From Candidatus Muiribacteriota bacterium (GTDB lineage Bacteria > Muiribacteriota > DAOVTB01): DNA of 64,000 bases. Shown here in pieces: positions 8,400 through 18,070 of the stretch. Location: contig DAOVTB010000002.1 of NCBI GenBank assembly GCA_030633305.1, positions 107 through 64,106 of the forward strand, given 5' to 3'. The position numbers and the translations under genes were made by a program. How positions within the stretch are numbered: position 1 is the stretch's first letter; each line of letters starts with the position of its first letter. The notes under the pieces are model-generated. The model made no database searches, was not told where the DNA came from, and saw only the letters and a program-made list of their open reading frames with translations.

Positions 8400-10865
8400 A
8401 TGACCAAGTACTGTTTAAACACTTTACGGGAGAGTCTTAATTCTTCAGACCGCGAAATAAGACTGAGAGCATGCCTTAAATTATCTGAAGTAACCGAAAA
8501 TGAAAAGGTATCTCTTCTGATTTCATGTTTTACAGACTCCTACTGGCCTGTAAGAAACAAAGCTTGTGAAATCCTGAGTAACTGCCCGGTAGAGGAAGTT
8601 TCTCTGCATTTAGTTCAGGGTTTAAAAAGCGATAATGAAGATATTGCTTACTGGTCCAGTATGGCTATGTCAAGATTCATGTCCGAAGACATTATAACTA
8701 CTCTTGTTCAGGAAATCAAAATCGGAAACGAGCAACTTTCCAGATGGATTATGAATACTCTTACCTTGATGGGAAGAGAAATTATTGATCTATTGCTTCC
8801 ATATTTATCAGATGAATGTTTCGATGTACGATTCTGGATTTTAAAAGTTCTAGCAAAATACAGGGAAAAAAGTGTTATTGACAAGGTTACGCCATTACTG
8901 GAAGATACCAGATGGCCCGTTCGTAAAAATGCTGTCTTTCTGATAGGCGAAATAGGTGACACCTCAAACTTCAACAGATTAGTAGATTGTTTTTCAGATT
9001 CTTCATGGTCTGTGAGAAAAGAAGCCGGTGAAGCTTTAAGCAAAATCGCTGCACGAAATTCTCTTTTAAAAGGATCATCAGAATTTCAAAGTTACCAGAA
9101 CACCTTTTTGAAAGTCGAAGCTATTAAACCTGATTTAGTTGAAAACATATATATCAATCTTGAAAATGAAAATATTGATATCCTTTCCTCTACTATTAAG
9201 CTTATTGGGAAATTCAAACTTGATGATGCATTACCTTACCTGTTGAAATTCCTTAAAGAGCAACAGGATCCCTTGATAAAACTTGCTGCAGTCAAAGCGT
9301 CTTCTGCATTTAATGATCCTGAAATCATAGCACAGCTTGAATTAATTTTTCGCGACAGGATAACTTCTGATAGTATTCGATTCGAAATCATCAAGTCTCT
9401 TTATGGAATCTGTTCATATCAGACACTTGAAATAATTACTCAGCTTTTTAATGAAGCATCACAGGATATGAAAATTTCAATCCTGCATCTTTTAGCAGAT
9501 TCTCCACCTGAAAGATTGAAAGATTTTTTTATCAGCATCTTATTTACCTATGATGAATATATTTCACAGCTGGCATTAAAATCACTTTCACATTTCAATG
9601 ATGAAAATCTAGTCAATGTATATCTTGACTGCTTAAATAAAACTTCGCCTCTTATAATAAGAGAAAGTATTCTATGTCTTGCAAAAACTCTAAAGAATGA
9701 TTTGAAAATGTTTATTCTTCCATTCATCGATAATTCAAATATCGATATTCGACGCGCTGCATTGATTGCCGCTGGTATGTTAAAAATTAGCGAAATCGAG
9801 GAAAAACTTCTGGGTTTTCTTAATCAGGATCCGGATAATAACAGAGACTGTTTCTTTTTAATCGATACGCTCAGCAGAATCGGAGGCGAAAAAACGCTGA
9901 AAACTTTTATCATACTGTTTAACTCTACCCAGAATGCAAATATTAAACATTGGTTAATACGTGGTTTTCAAAATTTTGATTTCGATAATGTCAAAGTTCT
10001 TCTGAAGAATAGTTTGTTTAAATACAGCCAGAAAATGACATTAAGCGCACTCGTATCACTTTTGAATTTTTCTTCATTTCCTTCAGAAGTAAATATTAAC
10101 AATCTTCTGCATGACAATAGTTTTGAAATAAGAAATGTTGCCGTTGACATTATCCATAAATTCAGGCTTTCTAAATATTTTGATTCCATGATGGAACTTT
10201 ATAGAAACGAGTTTTCAATGTTCATACGCAAAAATATTATTAAAACAATTGGTGCTTTAAAAATCGATGATTCAATTCCTTTTCTAATGGAAGCATTCAA
10301 TGACACCAATTGGCCCATAAGAAAAATTGCCATGTCATCAATTTGCTCAATCATATTAACAAATGATCTGGATTTCAATCAGTACATTAAAGGCAAGGAT
10401 TTTTCTACTGATCAATTATTCTGGATTATCAAAATTTACGGTGAATTGAATCAAAACATCAAATACATGCAGGATATGATGCTTAAACATCCTGATAATT
10501 GTGATATTTTAACAGCTTGTATGGAAAGCATTTCAAAGTTTCCTTCATCTAGCGAATTAGATGACCTGCTTTTACCATACCTTGATCACGAAAATCATAA
10601 AATTGTAAAAGCAACCGTAAAGGCATTGAAAAACACAAAAAATATAATTTTTCTTGACAAAATCGAGAAAATATTCGACAATCACACTGGTGAGATAAAA
10701 CTTTGGGCAGCAATTGCGCTCAAAAACATTGGAAATACAGGGACAATTGATTTATTGAGGTCTGCGTTGAAGAAAAAGGAAGTTTTTCTTTCAAGATATA
10801 TCGAACAGTCTATAGAATGTATTTCTGGAAATTTAGGATCACAAGGAGTCGCTTCTGATGGTTGA
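8400..10865 (+). CDS. HEAT-repeat protein (PBS-lyase-type HEAT repeats), 821 aa
   Basis: Recurrent units of the form D..W.VR..A...L..IG (for example DSYWPVRNKACEILS, DTRWPVRKNAVFLIGEIGD, DSSWSVRKEAGEALSKI, DTNWPIRKIAMSSI). Confidence 0.65.
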   Translation: MTKYCLNTLRESLNSSDREIRLRACLKLSEVTENEKVSLLISCFTDSYWPVRNKACEILSNCPVEEVSLHLVQGLKSDNEDIAYWSSMAMSRFMSEDIITTLVQEIKIGNEQLSRWIMNTLTLMGREIIDLLLPYLSDECFDVRFWILKVLAKYREKSVIDKVTPLLEDTRWPVRKNAVFLIGEIGDTSNFNRLVDCFSDSSWSVRKEAGEALSKIAARNSLLKGSSEFQSYQNTFLKVEAIKPDLVENIYINLENENIDILSSTIKLIGKFKLDDALPYLLKFLKEQQDPLIKLAAVKASSAFNDPEIIAQLELIFRDRITSDSIRFEIIKSLYGICSYQTLEIITQLFNEASQDMKISILHLLADSPPERLKDFFISILFTYDEYISQLALKSLSHFNDENLVNVYLDCLNKTSPLIIRESILCLAKTLKNDLKMFILPFIDNSNIDIRRAALIAAGMLKISEIEEKLLGFLNQDPDNNRDCFFLIDTLSRIGGEKTLKTFIILFNSTQNANIKHWLIRGFQNFDFDNVKVLLKNSLFKYSQKMTLSALVSLLNFSSFPSEVNINNLLHDNSFEIRNVAVDIIHKFRLSKYFDSMMELYRNEFSMFIRKNIIKTIGALKIDDSIPFLMEAFNDTNWPIRKIAMSSICSIILTNDLDFNQYIKGKDFSTDQLFWIIKIYGELNQNIKYMQDMMLKHPDNCDILTACMESISKFPSSSELDDLLLPYLDHENHKIVKATVKALKNTKNIIFLDKIEKIFDNHTGEIKLWAAIALKNIGNTGTIDLLRSALKKKEVFLSRYIEQSIECISGNLGSQGVASDG

Positions 10866-11229
10866 CAAGATAAACATCTCGAATGTTGGAAATCTTAATA
10901 ATGTTAATAAATCAAATAAAACCAACAAAATTCCCAAGGGTACTGATTACGATAAACTAATCAATGATAAAAGCACAAAGGCTGTTGATGGCAAAGGTAG
11001 AATTGAAGTTAACAAAGTTAAAATAGATCAGGGATTCACATCGAATAATTTCGATCCTGTAAAAACTTTCAAAGAAATCGAAAAATATAAAGAAGTAGTC
11101 AAAAATGCTTCTCAAACCGATCGACTTGCAAAACTTGATAGAATAAGGCGTTCTATCGATGATGGCAGTTATCAGATCGATGCATTTAAGGTTGCTGATA
11201 AGATTTTAAAAAGCGGTTTTTTCAGTTAA
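10858..11229 (+). CDS. flgM: FlgM-like anti-sigma-28 factor
   Basis: C-terminus KLDRIRRSIDDGSYQIDAFKVADKIL matches the FlgM signature (B. subtilis ...[26 protein letters not shown]). RBS AAGGAG 12 nt upstream. The start overlaps the HEAT gene stop by 8 nt. Confidence 0.6.
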   Translation: MVDKINISNVGNLNNVNKSNKTNKIPKGTDYDKLINDKSTKAVDGKGRIEVNKVKIDQGFTSNNFDPVKTFKEIEKYKEVVKNASQTDRLAKLDRIRRSIDDGSYQIDAFKVADKILKSGFFS

Positions 11230-11250
11230 TTAAAATAATTTATAAATAAT

Positions 11251-11306
11251 CCCCCGCATTTACCGATAACGAACTTGATATTAAAATTTATGCGGGGGAT
11301 TTTTTA
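11251..11306 (+). terminator. hairpin plus T-run after the FlgM-like gene (CCCCCGCAT...ATGCGGGGGATTTTTT)
   Basis: 9-bp GC-rich stem with a long loop, followed by a T-tract that runs into the start codon of the next gene. Confidence 0.45.
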
Positions 11307-12106
11307 TGCTCTTAAAAAAAATAGCATTTTGTGCAATTTTACTACTTTTGATAAATACAACTTTTCTTCTTAGTAATACTACTATGGTCGGCCCATCGGG
11401 CTTAGTCAAAGTTCCTGATCTTTCCATAATAGGGAAGGAAAAATTCGAAATGGGTGCTCATATTGAAAGATATGATGCAAATCGATATTCTGCGAATTAC
11501 TATAACCAGGGAATGGGTCCTTTTCAAACGAACCTTCTTCCTTCTTATGAAACACGGTGGTATGTTGTAGGAAATTATGGAATCACCGATAAACTTGAAA
11601 TTGGTTTCATGAAAGAATTTGATTCTAATGATATTTTTGAAGATCCAGACCTTCTCGTTCATACAAAATATGTATTCAGTACTTCTGAGTATGGCTCTTT
11701 TGCTCTCGGAGGAATAATTGATACGACGGTCAATGCATATAATTCAATCTATGCCTTATATGGTACAGACATTGTTTTTGTTGGAATTGGTGCCAATTTT
11801 GGAGGAGCAGTCGACAAGCCAAACAACTGGGCTAGACTTGGAGGTTATGACCTTGCCAATTACAGTCCTGAAGATTTCTTCTTTTTAGCCGGTGTTAATG
11901 TAAAAATGGGACCAACCGGTCTTAAACTTGAATATGATGGTGATGCTTTTAATGCTGGATTAAGATATCATTTCAATGAAGTTTACACCATTGATATCAA
12001 TTATCTTGGAAAAAATGATTATGATAAACTATATTATTTTAGCGGACCATTTGCAACAAGATACAACCGAGAAAGAGTCTCCATTGGATTAAATGCTAAA
12101 TTTTAG
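11306..12106 (+). CDS. outer-membrane beta-barrel protein, hypothetical
   Basis: Signal peptide. Alternating aromatic/Gly-rich strands. C-terminal ...IGLNAKF ends in Phe, the typical OMP C-terminal signature. Confidence 0.5.
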   Translation: MLLKKIAFCAILLLLINTTFLLSNTTMVGPSGLVKVPDLSIIGKEKFEMGAHIERYDANRYSANYYNQGMGPFQTNLLPSYETRWYVVGNYGITDKLEIGFMKEFDSNDIFEDPDLLVHTKYVFSTSEYGSFALGGIIDTTVNAYNSIYALYGTDIVFVGIGANFGGAVDKPNNWARLGGYDLANYSPEDFFFLAGVNVKMGPTGLKLEYDGDAFNAGLRYHFNEVYTIDINYLGKNDYDKLYYFSGPFATRYNRERVSIGLNAKF

Positions 12107-12213
12107 TCATTTTTCATGTCAGTTTTCTGACACTTTGTAAAAAATTACTGCTATTTTAATCTCAGACAGACACAGGCAGATTGAGTCGCAATATACTCCT
12201 ATACAAATTTTGA

Positions 12214-12310
12214 TGGAAACAACTTAGCTGGCGCAGGGGTCAAAGTAACTTTCATGAACTTGGATTTCAAGTTCACAAAAATTCCATATGACCCAATCTA
12301 TATTGACATT
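12214..12310 (+). repeat. R1 repeat, copy A (GGGGTCA...TGACCCC-framed structured element ending ATCTATATT)
   Basis: Reads ggaaacaacttagctggcgcaggggtcaaagtaactttcat-[hairpin gaacttggatttcaagttc]-...catatgacccaatctatatt. Homologous to copies at 24337, 44741 and 52069. Confidence 0.8.
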
Positions 12311-12495
12311 TAGCATTATTTCCGTTTTTATTTAAATCTTCCTTCATGGTTCGATTATTTGTCATTTAATATAAAACTGCGACCTTAGCTCATAGTATCA
12401 CCATCTTTTCGTATTTTGCAATTGAAATAGATTCTGCGGTCAAGCCGCAGAATGACAGTGTAGTCATTTTTTCATTAATTTAATTCCATCATACT

Positions 12496-12681
12496 ATTTC
12501 TGCGTTCTGAATGAGATGAAGGTTGGATTTTATTGTATTTGGGTAAACCGAGGCGCACAAAAGTGCGTCGTATGGTATAAGGTGCCAGGGCACTTGAATC
12601 CTATTCCTTCATGATTACCAAAAGGATTAAAGTCCATCTGGCACCGGTATTAACTATTCAAACTCATTCAGGACGCAGAAA
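12496..12681 (+). repeat. R2 MITE-like repeat, copy A (TIR atttctgcgttctgaatgag ... ctcattcaggacgcagaaat), with the nested R3 element
   Basis: 20-bp terminal inverted repeats. The internal core gatgaaggttgg...aaaccgaggcgcac is shared with copies at 24531 and 44902. An R3-like segment lies inside at 12574-12650. Confidence 0.8.
12574..12650 (+). repeat. R3 small element nested in R2-A (ggtataaggtgccagggcac...attaaagtccatctggcaccggtat)
   Basis: About 75% identical to the standalone copy at 34661-34741. Internal inverted repeat GGTGCCA/TGGCACC. Bounded by GGTAT at both ends. Confidence 0.6.
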
Positions 12682-12749
12682 TGGCATATTTATTGCAATT
12701 ATGTTATAATTAAACAAATTGTAACCTATTAAATAAGGAGCTTATATTA

Positions 12750-14540
12750 ATGAGAAAATTATTGGTCGTTTTGATTTTTTTCACAGCTCTAACTTCGTTT
12801 GCGTTTTCTCAAACTGTTGTTGGTGAGGAAGAAATTTTCCTTGATTCTGATATTACACTTGAACAACTTATTGTAAATCTTGAAAAACTTGAAAATATTG
12901 ATGTTATAAAAACTGGGGAACAATATTTAAAATATGCTGCGCAAAGTGACCGTTACGGCATCATTATGGCGAGGGCATACTGCTCTGGCAATCAACTTGA
13001 TAAGGCTCTGGAAGTCCTTGATATGATTCCAGAAAAAAGCAAATATACATATTTCATCAGGTTTCTAGTTTATTTTCTGAAATTTAAATACAATGAAGCT
13101 GAAAAAATTCTAAAGGAAGCTGAATTATTTGCATCAAAAGATGGAGATAAAGAACTCCTGACTCTTATTTATTCTGGTTTTGCTGAACTCGAAATAGGTA
13201 GAGGAAAACTTTCTTCAGCTGATTCTTACATCAGTAAAGGTTTGAGAATCGAACCTGATAATGAATATTTAACTTATGTAAAACACAGGCTGAAATATGT
13301 TAAAGGTGAAATTGATCAGGTAGAAAAATTATTGATTGAATATGAAAAAACTGCTACTCCAGAGAGATTTGTTTATTCCTACCTTGCTGAAATAGCTTTG
13401 AGAAAAAATGATCTTATTTTAGCTGAAAAACATTTAAATAAAGCAAACGAAATTGGCTGGAAAACCGGTCGATTATTTTGTGATGGTGTAGCCAGCTCTA
13501 TTGGTTATAATGTTTCTTCTGGAAAAGTATTATCCGTTTTTGAGGAATTCCCTTTTGAGATCAATTATGAAAAATTAGTACAAACTTTTCAAGATCAGCT
13601 GACTAGCCTTGAAGCTGGAAATTTTGAAAAACCAATAAAATTTTCAAGGGAAATAATTTATATTATTCAAGCATACATTGATGGGAAAATTAAATTTTCT
13701 AATGATGAAATTCAGGTATTGCTTCCCATTGTATACATCATGATCCCTAACCTTTATATATTACAGAGAGAAAAACCTCCTGAAAATCTGTTTAAACTTC
13801 TTGATGAATTAAATGGAAAATTGTTGAACACTCATCCAGATGAAAAAATAATTACCGACGATTTCAACATTATTCTCGGTGGTATTCAGGATTACATCAA
13901 TGGGAATTTTGATGATTCATTAGATAAATTTACCAATCTGGAAATTACTGCTGATGAAAAAATTTATCTTGAAAAACTAAGATCATTTCTGGATAATCAT
14001 CTTATTTATGTATTTCATAGAATTGTTGATTCTATTTTAAAAGAAAACCCAGCACTTCTTGTAAGAATCTATAAAAACTTTACTGGCAAAGATATTAAAA
14101 TTGATGAAGACTTTTATTCAGTAAAATATACTGATGATATTATAAAAACTATCGATCTTACCAAATATAATAAAATCATTTACAATCTTCTTAAAATTTT
14201 TATTTTTACCTCTAAAGGAGATTGTATGTTTGAGCTTGGTCAGACTAAGGATGCTTTATTATCTTATGCCGAAGCCAGAAAAATTAACCCTGTACTTTTT
14301 ACAAAATTACGCATTGAAGTTAACAGGCGATATGCAAATTTAAATCCGGAAAATTTCTTTTACAGTACCGGACGTGATATTGCTGATCTCTTTTGTGAGA
14401 TTGCTCTTTACTATGTACGGCTTGATGATATTGTAAATGCAAAAAAGGTCATCGGCCGAGGAAAATCTCTTTTTCCTAATCGGACTCGAATACAATTCTA
14501 TAGCAAATATATAAATTCAATAACTGAAGGAGGTAAATAG
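12750..14540 (+). CDS. secreted TPR-repeat protein (596 aa)
   Basis: Signal peptide MRKLLVVLIFFTALTSFAFSQ. TPR-like helical repeats. Confidence 0.55.
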   Translation: MRKLLVVLIFFTALTSFAFSQTVVGEEEIFLDSDITLEQLIVNLEKLENIDVIKTGEQYLKYAAQSDRYGIIMARAYCSGNQLDKALEVLDMIPEKSKYTYFIRFLVYFLKFKYNEAEKILKEAELFASKDGDKELLTLIYSGFAELEIGRGKLSSADSYISKGLRIEPDNEYLTYVKHRLKYVKGEIDQVEKLLIEYEKTATPERFVYSYLAEIALRKNDLILAEKHLNKANEIGWKTGRLFCDGVASSIGYNVSSGKVLSVFEEFPFEINYEKLVQTFQDQLTSLEAGNFEKPIKFSREIIYIIQAYIDGKIKFSNDEIQVLLPIVYIMIPNLYILQREKPPENLFKLLDELNGKLLNTHPDEKIITDDFNIILGGIQDYINGNFDDSLDKFTNLEITADEKIYLEKLRSFLDNHLIYVFHRIVDSILKENPALLVRIYKNFTGKDIKIDEDFYSVKYTDDIIKTIDLTKYNKIIYNLLKIFIFTSKGDCMFELGQTKDALLSYAEARKINPVLFTKLRIEVNRRYANLNPENFFYSTGRDIADLFCEIALYYVRLDDIVNAKKVIGRGKSLFPNRTRIQFYSKYINSITEGGK

Positions 14541-15403
14541 TGATGAGGAATATTTCACTTGCTCTCCTGCTTATTTTTACGATTTTCTGTACTCAGATCA
14601 CTGCATTAAATTTAAACGAAAAATGTGAGCTCCTTAAATTAAAAAAAGGAGCAAATCCACTTATCATTGAAACCACATTGGGAACTGCTCTTAGTCTTTT
14701 GAAGAAAGGTTCTTTTTCATCGGCTATTGAAAAGGTTAACGATGCCCTGGTTATTTTTAATTCCTTTGACTCGATTTCGCATCCTTATACAACACATATG
14801 TCTGGAACACTATTCCTTATGAGTGTTTATAATTATGAAAAACTTACAGTCAATGAATTGATACGATTTAAGAAATTTTTTCAATATTCCGTCAGTGATG
14901 GCGTATATTTTAAACCATATGAAGAAGCGCTTGGTTATACAACTCTTGAGATTCTTGAATTGGAAAAAGCAGGAAAATATTCAGAGGCAGTTACCAAAAT
15001 TGATTTTGCATTTAAAATATTAAAAAATGTTTCAATCTTTAATTTTATGATTGAGCAGGAATTAATTCTGGAAATCATGGATGCTTTACAGGTAAAAAAA
15101 GCTGATTTACTTTTATTAAGCGGAAAAATCGAAGATGCATATAAACTTTACAATGGTTTAAGTGAGAATATTAAAAAAAGACTTTTGAATATGGAAATTG
15201 AGGGGAAAAACAGGCTTAAAACTCTAAATCCTGGAATTATCTTTGATAAGGATCGTACATTAGCAGAACTTTATTACTCAATGGCTTTTACTCATATAAG
15301 GGTGAATAAAATACAAGATGCAATTGATATTTTGACAGCAGGTCTTAAAATCATCCCTTCATCTAATAGTCTCAGTTCTTTAAAGGGGCTAATAAAAAAA
15401 TAA
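14540..15403 (+). CDS. secreted TPR-like protein (about 286 aa)
   Basis: GTG/ATG start abutting the upstream stop. Signal peptide. Helical repeat composition. The ATG at 14543 is the likely start. Confidence 0.5.
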   Translation: MMRNISLALLLIFTIFCTQITALNLNEKCELLKLKKGANPLIIETTLGTALSLLKKGSFSSAIEKVNDALVIFNSFDSISHPYTTHMSGTLFLMSVYNYEKLTVNELIRFKKFFQYSVSDGVYFKPYEEALGYTTLEILELEKAGKYSEAVTKIDFAFKILKNVSIFNFMIEQELILEIMDALQVKKADLLLLSGKIEDAYKLYNGLSENIKKRLLNMEIEGKNRLKTLNPGIIFDKDRTLAELYYSMAFTHIRVNKIQDAIDILTAGLKIIPSSNSLSSLKGLIKK

Positions 15404-15415
15404 ACGGTTTATAAT

Positions 15416-17038
15416 ATGAAGGAAGAACTAAAACAACTTTATTCAGAAACAAAGTATGATGTGGTACTTGTAAGACCGCCGCATGGGCGTAAACCTCAAT
15501 TCGATTTTTTTCCGGATGAACACCTGGGGCTTGCATATTTGAAAGCTTATGTTAATCGTTTTAATTACAAAGTGCTCGTCATTGACTGCCATTATCTGAG
15601 AATTTCAGAAAAAAAATTAATCGATATTTTATTAAAACTGGAAATGACTGTTCTTGGATTTACCGTTTTTCAACCTGACATGTTTATGGTAACTAAAATT
15701 ACTAAAAAACTCAGGAAATCCGGTTTCAATGCTCATATCACAATAGGTGGACAATTCCCATCTTTCGAATATTTACGCATTATGGAAGAATTCCCACAAA
15801 TTGACAGCGTAATACGTTCAGAAGGCGAAGAATCACTGGTTTCACTACTTCAACATCTGCAGAATAACAAACCTATCGAAAAAGTTAGAAATCTGGTGTA
15901 TAGAAAAAATAATAAAATCAATATCAATGCTCTTGCCCCATTACTTGACCTTGACACCCTGCCAATTCCTGTTAGAGAAAATATTTCAGAGTTTCCAAGC
16001 CTTGGTATCATATCTTCAAAAGGATGTTATCAGGACTGTTCCTATTGCGGTGTTAAAAATTTTTATTCTGAACCCGAAGGCCATTATTTACGGTTTCGAT
16101 CTATAAATGACCTGGTTGATGAAATCGAATATCTCTATACTAAATATAAAAAAAGGATGTTTGTTTTCTGGGACGATAATTTTCTTCTACCTGGCAAAAA
16201 AGGTCTCGAAAGAATGGATGATTTCTGTAATGAAATCAAGAAACGAAATCTGAAGATCTTTTTCGGGTTTGAAACAAGAGCTGACACAATCAACCTTCCT
16301 ATAATTAAAAAACTTCTGGAAGTTGGACTTAAATACATCTTTTTAGGAATTGAATCAGGTTCGCAAGCCAGCCTGGAAGTATTTAATAAAAATGTAACTG
16401 TAAAACAAAACTGGAATGCTCTTTCATTACTGTCTAAACAAAAGATCACAACATTATGTGCATTTATCATGTATGAGCCATATTCTACAGTAGAAAAAAT
16501 CAAGCAGAACATTACATTCCTTAACAAAGTATTCTCGAAACTCAAATATATTGTTTACTATCCCTTTTCCTTTACACGATTGGATATTTTAAAGGGTAGT
16601 CCAATCCATGGAAGATTATTAAAAGAAGGACGTATAATTGACAGACCTCTTAAAGATTTCATGGTCGAGGGTGATCTTTATACTATTGAAGACCAGAGAA
16701 TTGAGGATCTTTCAAAAATCACTATGCATCTTGATATAATCATAAGCGAATGTAGGCTGACCCTGTGGCGCTATGTATCCTGGTTTTCTTCATTGGGAGA
16801 CCTGTCAACGACCAAACATTTTGTCAGGATAAGTAAAAAATTTGAAATACTGTTATGGGATCTAAACAATGAAGCAATCAAGTATTCCCTGAAGTATCTC
16901 GAAAATGGTTTAAATTTCGTGCAGACAGAAAATTACAAATCAAAACTGGATTCCTACATCAGCAAAGAAGAAATGAAACTAAATCGATTCCTCGAAAAGT
17001 CAATCTCAAAGCTTGATAAGATTGTTAAATTGTATTAA
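15416..17038 (+). CDS. B12-binding-domain radical SAM enzyme (class B)
   Basis: N-terminal cobalamin-binding-like domain (VVLVRPPHG...VLVIDCHY). Radical SAM CX3CX2C motif (GCYQDCSYCGV). Length 540 aa. Confidence 0.8.
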   Translation: MKEELKQLYSETKYDVVLVRPPHGRKPQFDFFPDEHLGLAYLKAYVNRFNYKVLVIDCHYLRISEKKLIDILLKLEMTVLGFTVFQPDMFMVTKITKKLRKSGFNAHITIGGQFPSFEYLRIMEEFPQIDSVIRSEGEESLVSLLQHLQNNKPIEKVRNLVYRKNNKININALAPLLDLDTLPIPVRENISEFPSLGIISSKGCYQDCSYCGVKNFYSEPEGHYLRFRSINDLVDEIEYLYTKYKKRMFVFWDDNFLLPGKKGLERMDDFCNEIKKRNLKIFFGFETRADTINLPIIKKLLEVGLKYIFLGIESGSQASLEVFNKNVTVKQNWNALSLLSKQKITTLCAFIMYEPYSTVEKIKQNITFLNKVFSKLKYIVYYPFSFTRLDILKGSPIHGRLLKEGRIIDRPLKDFMVEGDLYTIEDQRIEDLSKITMHLDIIISECRLTLWRYVSWFSSLGDLSTTKHFVRISKKFEILLWDLNNEAIKYSLKYLENGLNFVQTENYKSKLDSYISKEEMKLNRFLEKSISKLDKIVKLY

Positions 17039-17961
17039 GATTTCAACAGATAAGAGAACGCACCGCCAACAGCAGTCGCAGCATCACCAACTGCATTAGC
17101 TACCTGTCTGACTGGTTTACTGCGAAGGTCTCCTGCAACAAATAAACCAGGAACACTAGTTTCCATATGCCCATTTGTTATAAAAAATCCAGCCTTATCT
17201 TTATCTATATCCAGAGTTATAAAATCTGCAACCGGAAGTTGTCCGACATAGATAAATACTCCATCAGTTTTTGATTCAGAAATTTCACCAGTCTTAACAT
17301 TCTTAATTTTTACATGAGTCACAAATTTACCGTCACCACATATTTCTTCAAGTACAGAATCCCAGATTACATCCATATTTTCTTTTTCAAATGCTCTTTT
17401 CTGTAATACATCAACTGCCCTGAGCTGGTCACGACGATGAACAATTGAGACTTTCGATGCAAGCCCTGCAAGTAACAAACCTTCTTCAACAGCACTGTCA
17501 CCGCCACCAATAACTACAACTGTTTTCTTTCTGAAAAATGCACCGTCACAAGTTGCGCAATAACTGACTCCCCGACCACGATATTCATCTTCTCCTTTTA
17601 CGCCTAAAAGTCTGGGTTCCAGTCCTGTCGCAACAATTACACTACGTGCCTGACATGCAATTTTTCCTCCAGATTCCAGATTAAATATGCCGTCTATTTT
17701 TTTAACAGATGAAATCGCTTTATATACGGGATTTCCACCCCATAATTTAGCATGGTCAGTCATTTTTTCTGTCAATTCAGCTGCATCAATTGATGAAAAC
17801 CCAGTATAATTTTCAATTATTTCTGTATTATTCAACTGACCACCAGGCATACCAGCTTCAAAAAGTATATACTCAAGGCCAGCACGTCCAAGATAAACAG
17901 ATGCAGTCAACCCTGCAGGTCCTGCACCTATAACAGCAACATCATATATTTTATTAGTCAT
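17035..17961 (-). CDS. trxB: thioredoxin-disulfide reductase
   Basis: DVAVIGAGPAGLTASVY FAD motif, redox-active CATCDG, GGGDSA NADPH motif. Length 308 aa. Confidence 0.9.
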   Translation of the reverse strand: MTNKIYDVAVIGAGPAGLTASVYLGRAGLEYILFEAGMPGGQLNNTEIIENYTGFSSIDAAELTEKMTDHAKLWGGNPVYKAISSVKKIDGIFNLESGGKIACQARSVIVATGLEPRLLGVKGEDEYRGRGVSYCATCDGAFFRKKTVVVIGGGDSAVEEGLLLAGLASKVSIVHRRDQLRAVDVLQKRAFEKENMDVIWDSVLEEICGDGKFVTHVKIKNVKTGEISESKTDGVFIYVGQLPVADFITLDIDKDKAGFFITNGHMETSVPGLFVAGDLRSKPVRQVANAVGDAATAVGGAFSYLLKS

Positions 17962-18070
17962 AATTTTTCTCCAATTACTTTTATTATCATTTTTTTATAT
18001 TGAGCAGACTGCTTTTCCAATTTTCCTTTTCTTTTTTAATCTACTCCTTCGTGGTAAAATTCTCTTATTT

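Noticed and set aside
12107-12213. Short hairpin gtcagttttctgac after the OMP gene as a terminator
   Set aside because: 5-bp stem with no following U-tract. Too weak to call. The adjacent repeat R2 or the T-rich spacer more plausibly influences termination.
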